Of a stretch of 64,000 nt of DNA, positions 1-9,152 are shown in pieces. The notes under the pieces were generated by a model. That model was not told where the DNA came from, did no database searches, and was given only the letters and a program-made list of their open reading frames with translations. The DNA lies in assembly GCA_002733765.1 (NCBI GenBank), contig NVWU01000007.1, forward strand, positions 157,568 to 221,567, read 5' to 3'. Positions within the stretch are counted from its first letter, which is position 1; the number at the start of each line of letters is the position of its first letter. A program made the position numbers and the translations under genes. The stretch is from Colwellia sp. GTDB taxonomy: Bacteria > Pseudomonadota > Gammaproteobacteria > Enterobacterales > Alteromonadaceae.

Positions 1-2
1 TA

Positions 3-134
3 AAACAAGGACAAGTTATTGCTAAAGTGGGTAATTCAGGACGAGTTACCGGTCCTCATTTAGATTGGCGGATGAATTGGCACAAGGTGCGTTTTGATCC
101 ACAATTGGCGATGAAAATTATCCCTATTCAGTAA
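3..134 (+). CDS. C-terminal fragment of an M23/LytM-family peptidase (5' end outside window)
   Basis: Frame from nt 3 reads KQGQVIAKVGNSGRVTGPHLDWRMNWHKVRFDPQ...IPIQ*. The 'G.SG..TGPHL(H/D)' segment is typical of M23 metallopeptidases. Stop codon at 132-134. Confidence 0.7.
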   Translation, partial: KQGQVIAKVGNSGRVTGPHLDWRMNWHKVRFDPQLAMKIIPIQ

Positions 135-235
135 ACAATAAATAGTTTTATCTTTATATTTAAAATTGCATTATCACAGAGGCAAGGCAAGTTGATTGTT
201 CTTGGTTTTGTGCACTCTTCTCCTAAGGACACAGT

Positions 236-3200
236 ATGGCAGAACATGGCTATTCGCTGCTGCGCATTATTATTATCGACAGTTTTTGGCAAGGACAAGT
301 AAACGAACTTGATTTAACCGGCCATACTCAGCTTGAAGGAACAAACGGTGCAGGTAAAACCTCACTAATGCGTTTGTTACCACTTTTTTATGGTATGCGA
401 CCTAGCGATATTGTTAGCAAGGTTGATCAAGCAAAAAACTTTGCCGACTTTTACTTACCGCGCGAATCCAGTATTTTAGTGTACGAATACGCAAGACCCT
501 TCGGACAAAAATGCCAAGTGTTAGCTACCAGCGATGGTAGAGGTGTGCACTTTAAATTTATTGATGCCGCATACGATAGTCAGCATTTTATTGCCAGTAA
601 CACAGGTAGCAAAGCTAAACCTTTTACCCTCAACGAAATAGAAAGAAATTATCGTAACATTGGTAAAGAAAGCTCTAAATTTTTAGGCATAGATAAATAT
701 CGTCAAGTTATTCAAAATTTGCGTAGCGGCCGTAAACACAAAGAAATAAGAATACTGCAAAACCGTTTTTCTTTTAGTGATCAGGCATGTCCACATATTG
801 ATAAAGTAATTAACGGCACTATAGAAAAAAATCTAGATTTTGAAGCCGTTAAACGTATGTTAGTGGCTATTGCCAGCGATCATCTTGCCCGTGATATTAA
901 TGATGAAAAAGAACAGCTCAGTTTAAATAAAGCTGATATTACTAATTGGCTGGCTGATATTCAGGCCAGTCGCGCCATTAAAAAAGTAGCTGAAAAAATT
1001 TCGGTATGGCAAAATGACTTTAGTAAATTTTCAAGCTTAGTCAATAAGTTACAACATCTTTATGCTGAAATAATAGCGCATCAAGATCGCCTTGAAATAA
1101 AACAACAACAAAGAGAAGAGCTTAAAAAAAGCAGTAGTGAAAGCCGTAACAAACTTGACAGTGAATTAGTCAAGATAACGGAACAATATCAAAAAGACTT
1201 GTTTGACCTCGTTGCAAAGATTGAAGCAGATTTAAGTAAAATTGATTTACTTGATGCGGATAAATTTAATTACGATGATGATGATGCCAGCAGTTATCAA
1301 ATTAAGGCCGAGCAAGCACCACAAATTCAAGCTGAACTTAATGAAGTTATTGCTGTTATCGATGCTTTTGAAGGCAATATTACTAAAATCGGCCAAAAGT
1401 TTGATAAGTTAATTCAAAAAATTGAAGTTGAAAAACTTAAAGGTATCAACAGTAATAAAGAAAAATCAGCCCAAATAACGACTCAGTCTAATGAAGATTT
1501 ATCACGTATAAATGAAGTTTTTCATCAACAAGAACACGCGCTTAATGCGCAATTGCATAAAGAAGAGCTCAAGCTGCAAAAAGATCAGCAAAAGATACAA
1601 TATCAATTAGATACGGCGAAACAACAACTTAGCCAGCCAATAATACCACCGCAATTAAGCGCTGATATCGAAGTTAACATTCAGGCATTAGCGTACGCTC
1701 AGCAAAATTATAACCAGCTGGTACAACAAGAATCTGAATTACAAAAGCGGCAATATCAATTAGATAAACAGCAAAACCAGCAACTGATACAACGCAGCGA
1801 AGTTAACCGTTATCTTGAACAATTACAACAAGATTACCACCAAGTTGAATTACAACTGCTGCCGCAAGCCGACTCTTTACATCATTATCTTATGAATGAG
1901 CCTCAGGCGGCTAATTGGCAAGACACTATTGGTCGTTTGCTCACTACCGAACAATTATCGCGGTCTGATTTAAATCCACAGTGGTTAGAAAATAACAATT
2001 CACCGGCAAGTCTTTATGGTTTATCAATAGATTTACAGCAACTGCCTTGTGATGACTCTTTATTTTTAGACGAAGTGCAGCTGCGCGAAAAGCGCCAAAT
2101 TATTGAAACTAAGTTACAAACGCAAACAGATAAAATTTCACAGCTTGATGAGCAGCTAAAACTTATAGTCAAAGAAATTAATCACCTAAAAATTACTGTG
2201 ACACAGCAAGCACAAAGCTTAAATCAGCAACAACTAACGTTAGGGCAACTGCAAACACAGCAAGAAAGCTTAGTGATAAAAAAACAGCTCGCTATAAAAG
2301 TACACCGTCAAACGATAGAAGAGCAATTACAACGTTTTACTCAGCAAATAAAAACGCTTGATAAAAAACAGTCTAGCTTTGAAGAAAATAAAGCTGAGCA
2401 ATTGCGAGAGCTCACTAACGATAAGTTAGAAAAATATATGGTGGTTGAAAGTGACAGAGACAATCAGTTAACGCTATTATCTGAACAACTATCGACACTG
2501 ATAACTAATACCAAACACCGTTTAGCTGATCTTAAAAAACAACAAGCCAGCGATATTAAGCATCTTGATCCTGATGGCGAAGTAGACAAACGTATTGCCA
2601 AACGAGTGATATTAGAACAAGACCTACAACAGTGTGCGTTGTTTGCCCAAAAGGCGCGAGACTACAACAGCTTTATGAACGAACGTTATTGTCACCGTGA
2701 TGCCTTGGTTGAAGAAAACCAAAACAGAAAAATCATCAAGCGTAATATAGAAACAAATTATGAAGATAGCCGTATTGAGTTAACAACAACTATTAACGAA
2801 CTAAAACAGTTAATTAGAAAAAATAATAAAGAAAAACAAGCCACGGATGACTTATTAGTACAACTCAATGATAATAAACGCTTGTGTGAAATGTCAGCGA
2901 TTAATAGCGAACTTTGTGAGCAAGAGCCAGCCAACCAAGCCGATTTAACGGTGAGCTTTTTTCACGATTATTACCAACAATTTAAAATCATTGAAAAACG
3001 ATTGGCTGGTCAGTTAAATACCTTTAGTGAACGTTTTAGAAAAGATCACTCTGGCAGTGAGCTTTTCGAAAACTGGCAAAAGCTATTACACGACAACGAT
3101 AACTACTCTGGCGCAAAAGCACTTTTTAAATATCGTGAGCCCATTAGCGAGTTATTAAATAGCGCCGATCAAAAGCAGCAAAGTACTTATCAATTGGTGA

Positions 3201-3961
3201 CGATTAATGCCACCATGATTAACGAGTTTTATCAGCACATTGAAAACTTTGGCCGTAATATAAAACGAATTGGTAAACTGTTATCAACAAAAGTTACCGC
3301 ATTAGCACATTTTGAAGCGTTAGCTGATATCAATGTAACCACGGTAATGAAGCAAGAAGAACTAGATTACTGGGGTCCATTGCAAAAATTTGCTGAGATT
3401 TTTGATCTTTATAAAGATCAATTACGTGATGGCCTAGGCGAAGTACCCGATGATTTAGTGTTTGCCATGCAAAAGTTGGCGAGTTATTTACCTAATGAAG
3501 GTTTTGTTTTAGCGCACAATAATCTGTTTGATTTAGAGTTTACCATTGTAGAAAAAGGCCAAGTAAAACATGCACGCAATGCTAAACAACTTAAAAAAGT
3601 AAGCTCTACGGGCTTATCCTATTTAGCGATGCTGTCTTTATTTGCTGGTTTATTAGCGATGTTACGTGGCGACAGCAAACATGCTAGCCAAATAATTTTA
3701 CCTGTAGATGAATTAGGTGAGCTAGCGGCTGAAAATGTTGACCTATTGTTAAAAATGTTTAATGACAACCATATCAGTATGCTATCGGCTTCTCCATCAA
3801 CTGATCGCCATATTTTGTCCTTATATAATCGCCATTACAAATTAAAAGATAATAAAATTTACCATGCAGATATTCCACAATCTCGTTTAGATGAATTATT
3901 AGCCCAGCGTAATAAAACGCCAATAAGTACACAACCAGAGACAGCAGGGGAGTTAAGTTAA
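236..3961 (+). CDS. MukB/MksB/JetC-like SMC-family ATPase (1241 aa)
   Basis: Walker A 'GTNGAGKTS' (nt 338-364). About 1000 aa of Q/E/K/L-rich predicted coiled coil, interrupted by a non-coil segment (about nt 1855-2075, hinge-like). MukB-style signature 'SSTGLS' (nt 3602-3619) and Walker B 'ILPVDE' (D/E at nt 3707-3712). SD-like AAGGA upstream of the ATG. Confidence 0.8.
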   Translation: MAEHGYSLLRIIIIDSFWQGQVNELDLTGHTQLEGTNGAGKTSLMRLLPLFYGMRPSDIVSKVDQAKNFADFYLPRESSILVYEYARPFGQKCQVLATSDGRGVHFKFIDAAYDSQHFIASNTGSKAKPFTLNEIERNYRNIGKESSKFLGIDKYRQVIQNLRSGRKHKEIRILQNRFSFSDQACPHIDKVINGTIEKNLDFEAVKRMLVAIASDHLARDINDEKEQLSLNKADITNWLADIQASRAIKKVAEKISVWQNDFSKFSSLVNKLQHLYAEIIAHQDRLEIKQQQREELKKSSSESRNKLDSELVKITEQYQKDLFDLVAKIEADLSKIDLLDADKFNYDDDDASSYQIKAEQAPQIQAELNEVIAVIDAFEGNITKIGQKFDKLIQKIEVEKLKGINSNKEKSAQITTQSNEDLSRINEVFHQQEHALNAQLHKEELKLQKDQQKIQYQLDTAKQQLSQPIIPPQLSADIEVNIQALAYAQQNYNQLVQQESELQKRQYQLDKQQNQQLIQRSEVNRYLEQLQQDYHQVELQLLPQADSLHHYLMNEPQAANWQDTIGRLLTTEQLSRSDLNPQWLENNNSPASLYGLSIDLQQLPCDDSLFLDEVQLREKRQIIETKLQTQTDKISQLDEQLKLIVKEINHLKITVTQQAQSLNQQQLTLGQLQTQQESLVIKKQLAIKVHRQTIEEQLQRFTQQIKTLDKKQSSFEENKAEQLRELTNDKLEKYMVVESDRDNQLTLLSEQLSTLITNTKHRLADLKKQQASDIKHLDPDGEVDKRIAKRVILEQDLQQCALFAQKARDYNSFMNERYCHRDALVEENQNRKIIKRNIETNYEDSRIELTTTINELKQLIRKNNKEKQATDDLLVQLNDNKRLCEMSAINSELCEQEPANQADLTVSFFHDYYQQFKIIEKRLAGQLNTFSERFRKDHSGSELFENWQKLLHDNDNYSGAKALFKYREPISELLNSADQKQQSTYQLVTINATMINEFYQHIENFGRNIKRIGKLLSTKVTALAHFEALADINVTTVMKQEELDYWGPLQKFAEIFDLYKDQLRDGLGEVPDDLVFAMQKLASYLPNEGFVLAHNNLFDLEFTIVEKGQVKHARNAKQLKKVSSTGLSYLAMLSLFAGLLAMLRGDSKHASQIILPVDELGELAAENVDLLLKMFNDNHISMLSASPSTDRHILSLYNRHYKLKDNKIYHADIPQSRLDELLAQRNKTPISTQPETAGELS

Positions 3962-4584
3962 TGTTTAAACAAAGTATTCAAAAGCTACTTTGCGGCGCTG
4001 TTATTTGTCAAACGGCTTATGAAGCCGAATATCTGTACTTAAAAGCAGAAAGTCATAATGATAAAGTGAATGACTTTTTATCTAATTTGGATAGAAAACT
4101 TACCTATCTTGATAGCGCTGATGCTTATTACTGTACTTTTAATCAAGTGGATGAGAATAACCATCACGAGCTTAGTCTTCTCTTTAGTGAAATGCGTAGC
4201 ACTTTTAGACCTTTAGTTGAGTTTTTAGATCTACTGTTAACGGCCACGCAAGCAGATTTACCTATTCGTGCTAAATCAGTACTTAATATTAATGAGTTAT
4301 TTGAACCCTTTGAACATGATCAAACGCTGAGTGAACAATTACGCCGATTAACGTCGATAAAACCTTTTAAAACCAATAAAACAGAAACACGTGAACAACT
4401 AGTAATGGTTTTTCAAAAGCTTGAAGAAATGCACTATTTTGTTCGTAAAAATGCCGGAAGTAGTCGATATTATGCTACGGCACGTTTTGACTTAATTTAT
4501 TTATTGATTGAGTTTTTAAATGATGCTGAGCTAGTTAACTTACCTGAACAAGAGAAAAGCCAACAAGATGAGTTACTCTTTTAA
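3961..4584 (+). CDS. Small partner subunit, MksE/JetB-like (KITE) candidate, 207 aa
   Basis: Translationally coupled to the SMC gene (TAATG overlap at 3959-3963). Size and the N-terminal pattern 'LL.G.V....YEAEYLYL......VNDFL..L...L.YLDSADAYYC' resemble MksE/JetB (DUF4194-type) proteins. The assignment is by eye only. Confidence 0.45.
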   Translation: MFKQSIQKLLCGAVICQTAYEAEYLYLKAESHNDKVNDFLSNLDRKLTYLDSADAYYCTFNQVDENNHHELSLLFSEMRSTFRPLVEFLDLLLTATQADLPIRAKSVLNINELFEPFEHDQTLSEQLRRLTSIKPFKTNKTETREQLVMVFQKLEEMHYFVRKNAGSSRYYATARFDLIYLLIEFLNDAELVNLPEQEKSQQDELLF

Positions 4585-5846
4585 TGGCTGGTTTTGATTC
4601 GGCGCAAGTTGCTAGCTTACTAAGACAAATTGGTGCCTACAATGACTTACTTGCTAGTGCCTATGTTTATGGCTCTATAGCGAGTGACGAGCAAGATGCT
4701 AACACCATTAGTTTGTTACATAAGTCAGGCTTGATCAGACCTGATGATTCTCCTGGTGAGTACCGCGTAACAACCGATTTTAAACGCATGTTAAATCGAC
4801 TAATGCGTAAACAATCAAGTTATCGACAACTCACTGATATGGGGAAAGTGATTGATGCGATTGATGAAGTAGCAAAAGATTACGAATTAGCGATAAAAGC
4901 CAAAGAGCATGAAGATGCCGAGTATTATTTAGATCAACTTGATGATTTACTTTACGAAACAAAAGACAGTTTAAATAATAATTTAGATACAATGCATTTT
5001 GCTATTGTTAGTCAGTTTGGTTTTGTTAGCAGCTTGTCAAACAAAATACGACAAAATGAACGCTACTTATCACATGCACAAAAGCTGCTAAATGAACTAC
5101 AGCAAATTGATCCGCAAGACTGTTACGAGTGGCTAGATTGGGCGTGTCCGAATGAGTTTGCGCGTAAAATATCGAGTTTTGTCTATTGGTATAATCAAAT
5201 ACTACCCAAGCTGCGTTTGATCATTGATAACATGCGTATTAGCTTATTTCGCTTACGTCGAGATGAAAAACAGGCCAGCCAATTACGAAATATGGCGCGT
5301 TTTTTACGAAAACATCCTGAATTTGACCTTGATGAGAACCTTTTTGAGTTACCAAATTTACCTGAAACGCTAAAATATTCGCCACCAATGCCGCTGCGAA
5401 GTTATGTTGATATTAAGCAAACTGACATTGAACAACCTTTACTTGAATTAGTGCAGTCATTACGTAAGCAAGCCGTTGTAACACCTATTAAAGCGAGAAC
5501 AACTAGCGAAGTAAGTTTTAAACCAATTGAAAAAATTGCCGCCGAAGAAGATTTTTTTGAACAGCAAACAGAATTATTGTTCGAGCGAGTGATCATTAAT
5601 AACTGCGCAGTTTCAGCGTTAAGTTTTTACCAAGAGTTCCAAACCCCCTGGCTTGAACAGTCGCAAACCATTACGCCCAAAGCTTGGATTGAATTAGTCT
5701 TTAGTTGTTATTGCAAATTAACTAGCGCTCAGCAAAGTGCATTGAATATAAAAATGAAAGGTGTTGCGGTTAGCGGTACCACTGATAATTATTGTTATAG
5801 TGATGTAGTTATCGAGCTAAAAGCTAATATCCAAGCTAGCGCATAA
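4584..5846 (+). CDS. Partner subunit, MksF/JetA-like kleisin candidate, 420 aa
   Basis: TAATG overlap with the upstream gene (4582-4586). Size, position in the operon and the helical acidic middle region fit a kleisin. I recognised no diagnostic motif. Confidence 0.4.
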   Translation: MAGFDSAQVASLLRQIGAYNDLLASAYVYGSIASDEQDANTISLLHKSGLIRPDDSPGEYRVTTDFKRMLNRLMRKQSSYRQLTDMGKVIDAIDEVAKDYELAIKAKEHEDAEYYLDQLDDLLYETKDSLNNNLDTMHFAIVSQFGFVSSLSNKIRQNERYLSHAQKLLNELQQIDPQDCYEWLDWACPNEFARKISSFVYWYNQILPKLRLIIDNMRISLFRLRRDEKQASQLRNMARFLRKHPEFDLDENLFELPNLPETLKYSPPMPLRSYVDIKQTDIEQPLLELVQSLRKQAVVTPIKARTTSEVSFKPIEKIAAEEDFFEQQTELLFERVIINNCAVSALSFYQEFQTPWLEQSQTITPKAWIELVFSCYCKLTSAQQSALNIKMKGVAVSGTTDNYCYSDVVIELKANIQASA

Positions 5847-5912
5847 AGTTTTTTAAAATGCTATCTTAAAATAATTATAAATTTCAGCAGTGTAGTCGCA
5901 AAGGAATGTAAA

Positions 5913-6893
5913 ATGAAATCAATAATGAACAAACAGCTTTATAATTTCACGCAAGCTAAACTGCAAAAAAATCGGCAGGGTGGTCAGATAAAAAATTCAG
6001 CTTTAGCAATAAAGTTGTATGAAGAATATAATTTTGGTCAGCTTGATTTTAATAAACAATGGTTAACGTTTAATCTCGATAATATTTTAGCGTTGAGTGA
6101 TGAGATTCAAAGTGTTCTCGGTATTGATATAAGGCAAGACCCTTACCCGACTAAAAAAGACAGGCTTAGTACGGCAGAAAACTGTCGAAATGAGAAAGAA
6201 AATAGTTATGCCGTTAGTAAAGATTTTATATTGATTAATAGCCTGTCTGAACTGAACGTTAATCAAAGCTGTCATAATATATCGCCCTTAACGTCATTAG
6301 GTCTCTATATAAAAGCAGACGATATAAAGTCTATTGAACACTCGGCCATTATTCTTGTTGAAAACCTTGCGGTAATGGCTAATCTCAGGACGATAAATTT
6401 AGCGTCTATCAATAAAAAACATTCCGGTACACCTATTTTAGGTAATAATATTTCAAGTCAATATATAGACCTAACTCAGGCTTTGTGGCTCTATCGCGGT
6501 GATGTTAAAGCACAACAAACAACCAATACCAGTTATCAGTTTTTCCGTCGCTTTAAGGGAGTGACTCCTTTAATTTGTTTTAGTGATTTGGATCCTAAAG
6601 GTATTGAAATTGCACTTACCTGTAATGCCGATTATTGGCTAACCATTGAAAATACTAATGAAATCACTATGGCATTATCGGGTAATGAACAAGAATGGTA
6701 TAAACAAGGCGCTGCTATTGATTTTTTACAACAGAAGATGAAACGGGTAAAACAAAATGGTCATGATGAGGGGAATCCTGATTGGCAAAGCATGTTTAGC
6801 TCATTATTAACACATAAAAAAACGCTTAAACAAGAGCATATTCTCAAACATAAACTTTGTTTAACACTGTTAAAAATAGAATGCGATCGATAA
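5913..6893 (+). CDS. Toprim-domain protein, JetD/MksG (DUF2220)-like putative nuclease, 326 aa
   Basis: 'ILVENLAVMANL' (Toprim Glu150, nt 6360-6362). 'ICFSDLDPKGIEIAL' (DxD at Asp225/Asp227, nt 6585-6593). Trailing 'LKQEHIL'. SD AAGGAA upstream. Last gene of the SMC operon. Confidence 0.65.
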   Translation: MKSIMNKQLYNFTQAKLQKNRQGGQIKNSALAIKLYEEYNFGQLDFNKQWLTFNLDNILALSDEIQSVLGIDIRQDPYPTKKDRLSTAENCRNEKENSYAVSKDFILINSLSELNVNQSCHNISPLTSLGLYIKADDIKSIEHSAIILVENLAVMANLRTINLASINKKHSGTPILGNNISSQYIDLTQALWLYRGDVKAQQTTNTSYQFFRRFKGVTPLICFSDLDPKGIEIALTCNADYWLTIENTNEITMALSGNEQEWYKQGAAIDFLQQKMKRVKQNGHDEGNPDWQSMFSSLLTHKKTLKQEHILKHKLCLTLLKIECDR

Positions 6894-6948
6894 GGCTTGA
6901 TATTTTGCCTTACCGATTTGATATTTGAATTATTGCAGGGTAACGTGA

Positions 6949-7995
6949 CTATCTTTGTTTTATCGCATCAGCGAGCAAAGATAAAATATCGTCACTAACC
7001 GTTAAATCAATACAGGCATCGGTAATACTTTTACCATAAACAAGTGGTGTATCAGCTTTTACTGCTTGATTACCTGCTTCAATAAAGCTTTCTATCATTA
7101 CCCCAAAAACACTTTGCTCGCCTTGATTAATTTGCTCGGCAATAGAGCGAGCAACATCAATTTGTTTGTTATGATCTTTATAACTATTGCCATGGCTGCA
7201 ATCGATCATAATGCTCTGCTTAAGTTCGGCTTTCTTTAATTTACCACAAGTGTCGTTAATATCTTCCTTGTGATAATTAGGTACTTTTCCGCCGCGTAAA
7301 ATCACATGGGCAAAGGGATTACCATGGGTACGGTAGATACACATTTGTCCACTTTTATCCGGAGAATATAATACGTGAGGTACACTGGCGGCCTTAATGG
7401 CATCTAAGGCTATTTTAACGTTGCCGTCAGTACCATTTTTAAAGCCAACAGGGCATGAAAGTGCGGAAGCAAGTTCTCGGTGCACTTGGCTTTCAGTAGT
7501 ACGGGCACCAATTGCGCCCCAGCTGATCAAGTCAGATATATACTGGCCGGTAACCATATCTAAAAATTCAGTACCTGCAGGTAAACCCATTTCATTAATA
7601 TCGACTAATAATTGTCTCGCTAGGTTTAGTCCCTTGGCTACATGAAATGACTTATCCAGATCAGGATCGCTAATTAATCCTTTCCAGCCAACAGTGGTTC
7701 GTGGTTTTTCAAAATAAACGCGCATCACAATAAGTAACTCATTACTGTACTTATCACGTAATACGGTTAGACGCTTTGCGTAGTCAATGGCAGCCGTGGT
7801 GTCATGAATAGAGCACGGACCAATAATAACTAATAGGCGTTTATCTTCACCACTGATAATGGCTTCTATTTCTCTACGACTTTTCATGATGAAGTCAGCA
7901 GTAGTTGCGCTTAAAGGAATTTGTTGTGCTAATTGTGCAGGAGACACTAAGTTTTCAATTAAACTTGTTCGTAGTTCATCAGTTTTAATAATCAT
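6949..7995 (-). CDS. 3-deoxy-7-phosphoheptulonate (DAHP) synthase, class I (AroF/G/H type)
   Basis: Full-length similarity to enterobacterial DAHP synthases ('LLVIIGPCSIHD', 'YFEKPRTTVGWKGL', 'GARTTESQ.HRE'). The isozyme cannot be assigned. Confidence 0.9.
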   Translation of the reverse strand: MIIKTDELRTSLIENLVSPAQLAQQIPLSATTADFIMKSRREIEAIISGEDKRLLVIIGPCSIHDTTAAIDYAKRLTVLRDKYSNELLIVMRVYFEKPRTTVGWKGLISDPDLDKSFHVAKGLNLARQLLVDINEMGLPAGTEFLDMVTGQYISDLISWGAIGARTTESQVHRELASALSCPVGFKNGTDGNVKIALDAIKAASVPHVLYSPDKSGQMCIYRTHGNPFAHVILRGGKVPNYHKEDINDTCGKLKKAELKQSIMIDCSHGNSYKDHNKQIDVARSIAEQINQGEQSVFGVMIESFIEAGNQAVKADTPLVYGKSITDACIDLTVSDDILSLLADAIKQR

Positions 7996-8146
7996 GAAAT
8001 GTTATGCTTTTTTAAGACGATATTGTTTATGTTGCACTGTAGCGCGTATAAACATAAATTATGCGCGCTAACATAGCTAAATTAATCGCTAATGTGAACC
8101 ATTTAACTAATAATAAGTATGATTGTTTGATATAAATTATTATCCG

Positions 8147-8956
8147 TTAGTATTTATATCGTTGTAGCCCTGTTTCACTCAATATTTTCGCGGTGATTTC
8201 TTCTACTGAAAATTTAGTTGTATTGAGAAAGGGTATTTTCTCTTTTTTATAGAGTTTTTCAACTTCTCGTACTTCCATACGACATTGTCTAGGTGAAGCA
8301 TATTTGCTATTAGACATTCTATTATCACGAATATCAATTAACCGTTGAGCGTCTATCGTTAAACCGAAGAGTTTCTTTTTAAAGGGTTTCAAAAAGCTTG
8401 GTAATTTTAAATCATCCATGTCTTCGTCAGTAAATGGATAGTTGGCCGCTTTTATGCCGTATTGCAGCGCTAAATAAAGTGAACTGGGCGTTTTACCTGA
8501 GCGTGATACGCCAACAAGAATTACATCGGCATCCTCATAATTAGTAATCTTAGAGCCATCATCATTAGCCAGTGCATAATTTACCGCCTCTATACGATAA
8601 TCATAGCTGTTTTCATGAATACTGTGGGTTCGATGTGCTTTTGGTTTTGCTTTCATACCAAGTTTTTCTTCAAGAGGCGCGACGAAATGCTCTAAAAAGT
8701 TGTAAATGACGCCATCACAACTGTCAATAATTTCGCGGATATCATTATTAACAAAGGTATGAAAAACTAACGCGGGTTCTTTACTGCGAGCACAGACTTT
8801 ATTGATTTTTTCTTTTACTTCGAGTGCTTTTTCAACTGACTCAACAAAGGGAATGGTTTGATGTTCAAATTCTGTAGGAAATAAAGAAAGCAACGCATGA
8901 CCAAATACTTCAGAAGTTATTGCTGTTCCGTCGGAAATATAGAAAGCTGTGCGCAT
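8147..8956 (-). CDS. ppsR: PEP synthase regulatory protein (bifunctional kinase/pyrophosphorylase)
   Basis: 'MRTAFYISDGTAITSEVFGHALLSLFP' and P-loop 'GVSRSGKTP'. Divergent from ppsA, as in E. coli. Confidence 0.9.
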   Translation of the reverse strand: MRTAFYISDGTAITSEVFGHALLSLFPTEFEHQTIPFVESVEKALEVKEKINKVCARSKEPALVFHTFVNNDIREIIDSCDGVIYNFLEHFVAPLEEKLGMKAKPKAHRTHSIHENSYDYRIEAVNYALANDDGSKITNYEDADVILVGVSRSGKTPSSLYLALQYGIKAANYPFTDEDMDDLKLPSFLKPFKKKLFGLTIDAQRLIDIRDNRMSNSKYASPRQCRMEVREVEKLYKKEKIPFLNTTKFSVEEITAKILSETGLQRYKY

Positions 8957-9152
8957 AATAAACCTCTTATATAAATTATGGTGATAGTGAGAATGAAAAC
9001 TTCTAAGTTATGTTTTATTTTAACTTTTAGTTTTTTAGGTTAGCAGTGTAGAATGTCTTAAGTTATAAATATAGTGCTACAAATAAATAAGCATCTTTAG
9101 TCTTTTAAATAAATAGATTTATTCTTTTACTGACTCTCAATGGAGAATTGTT

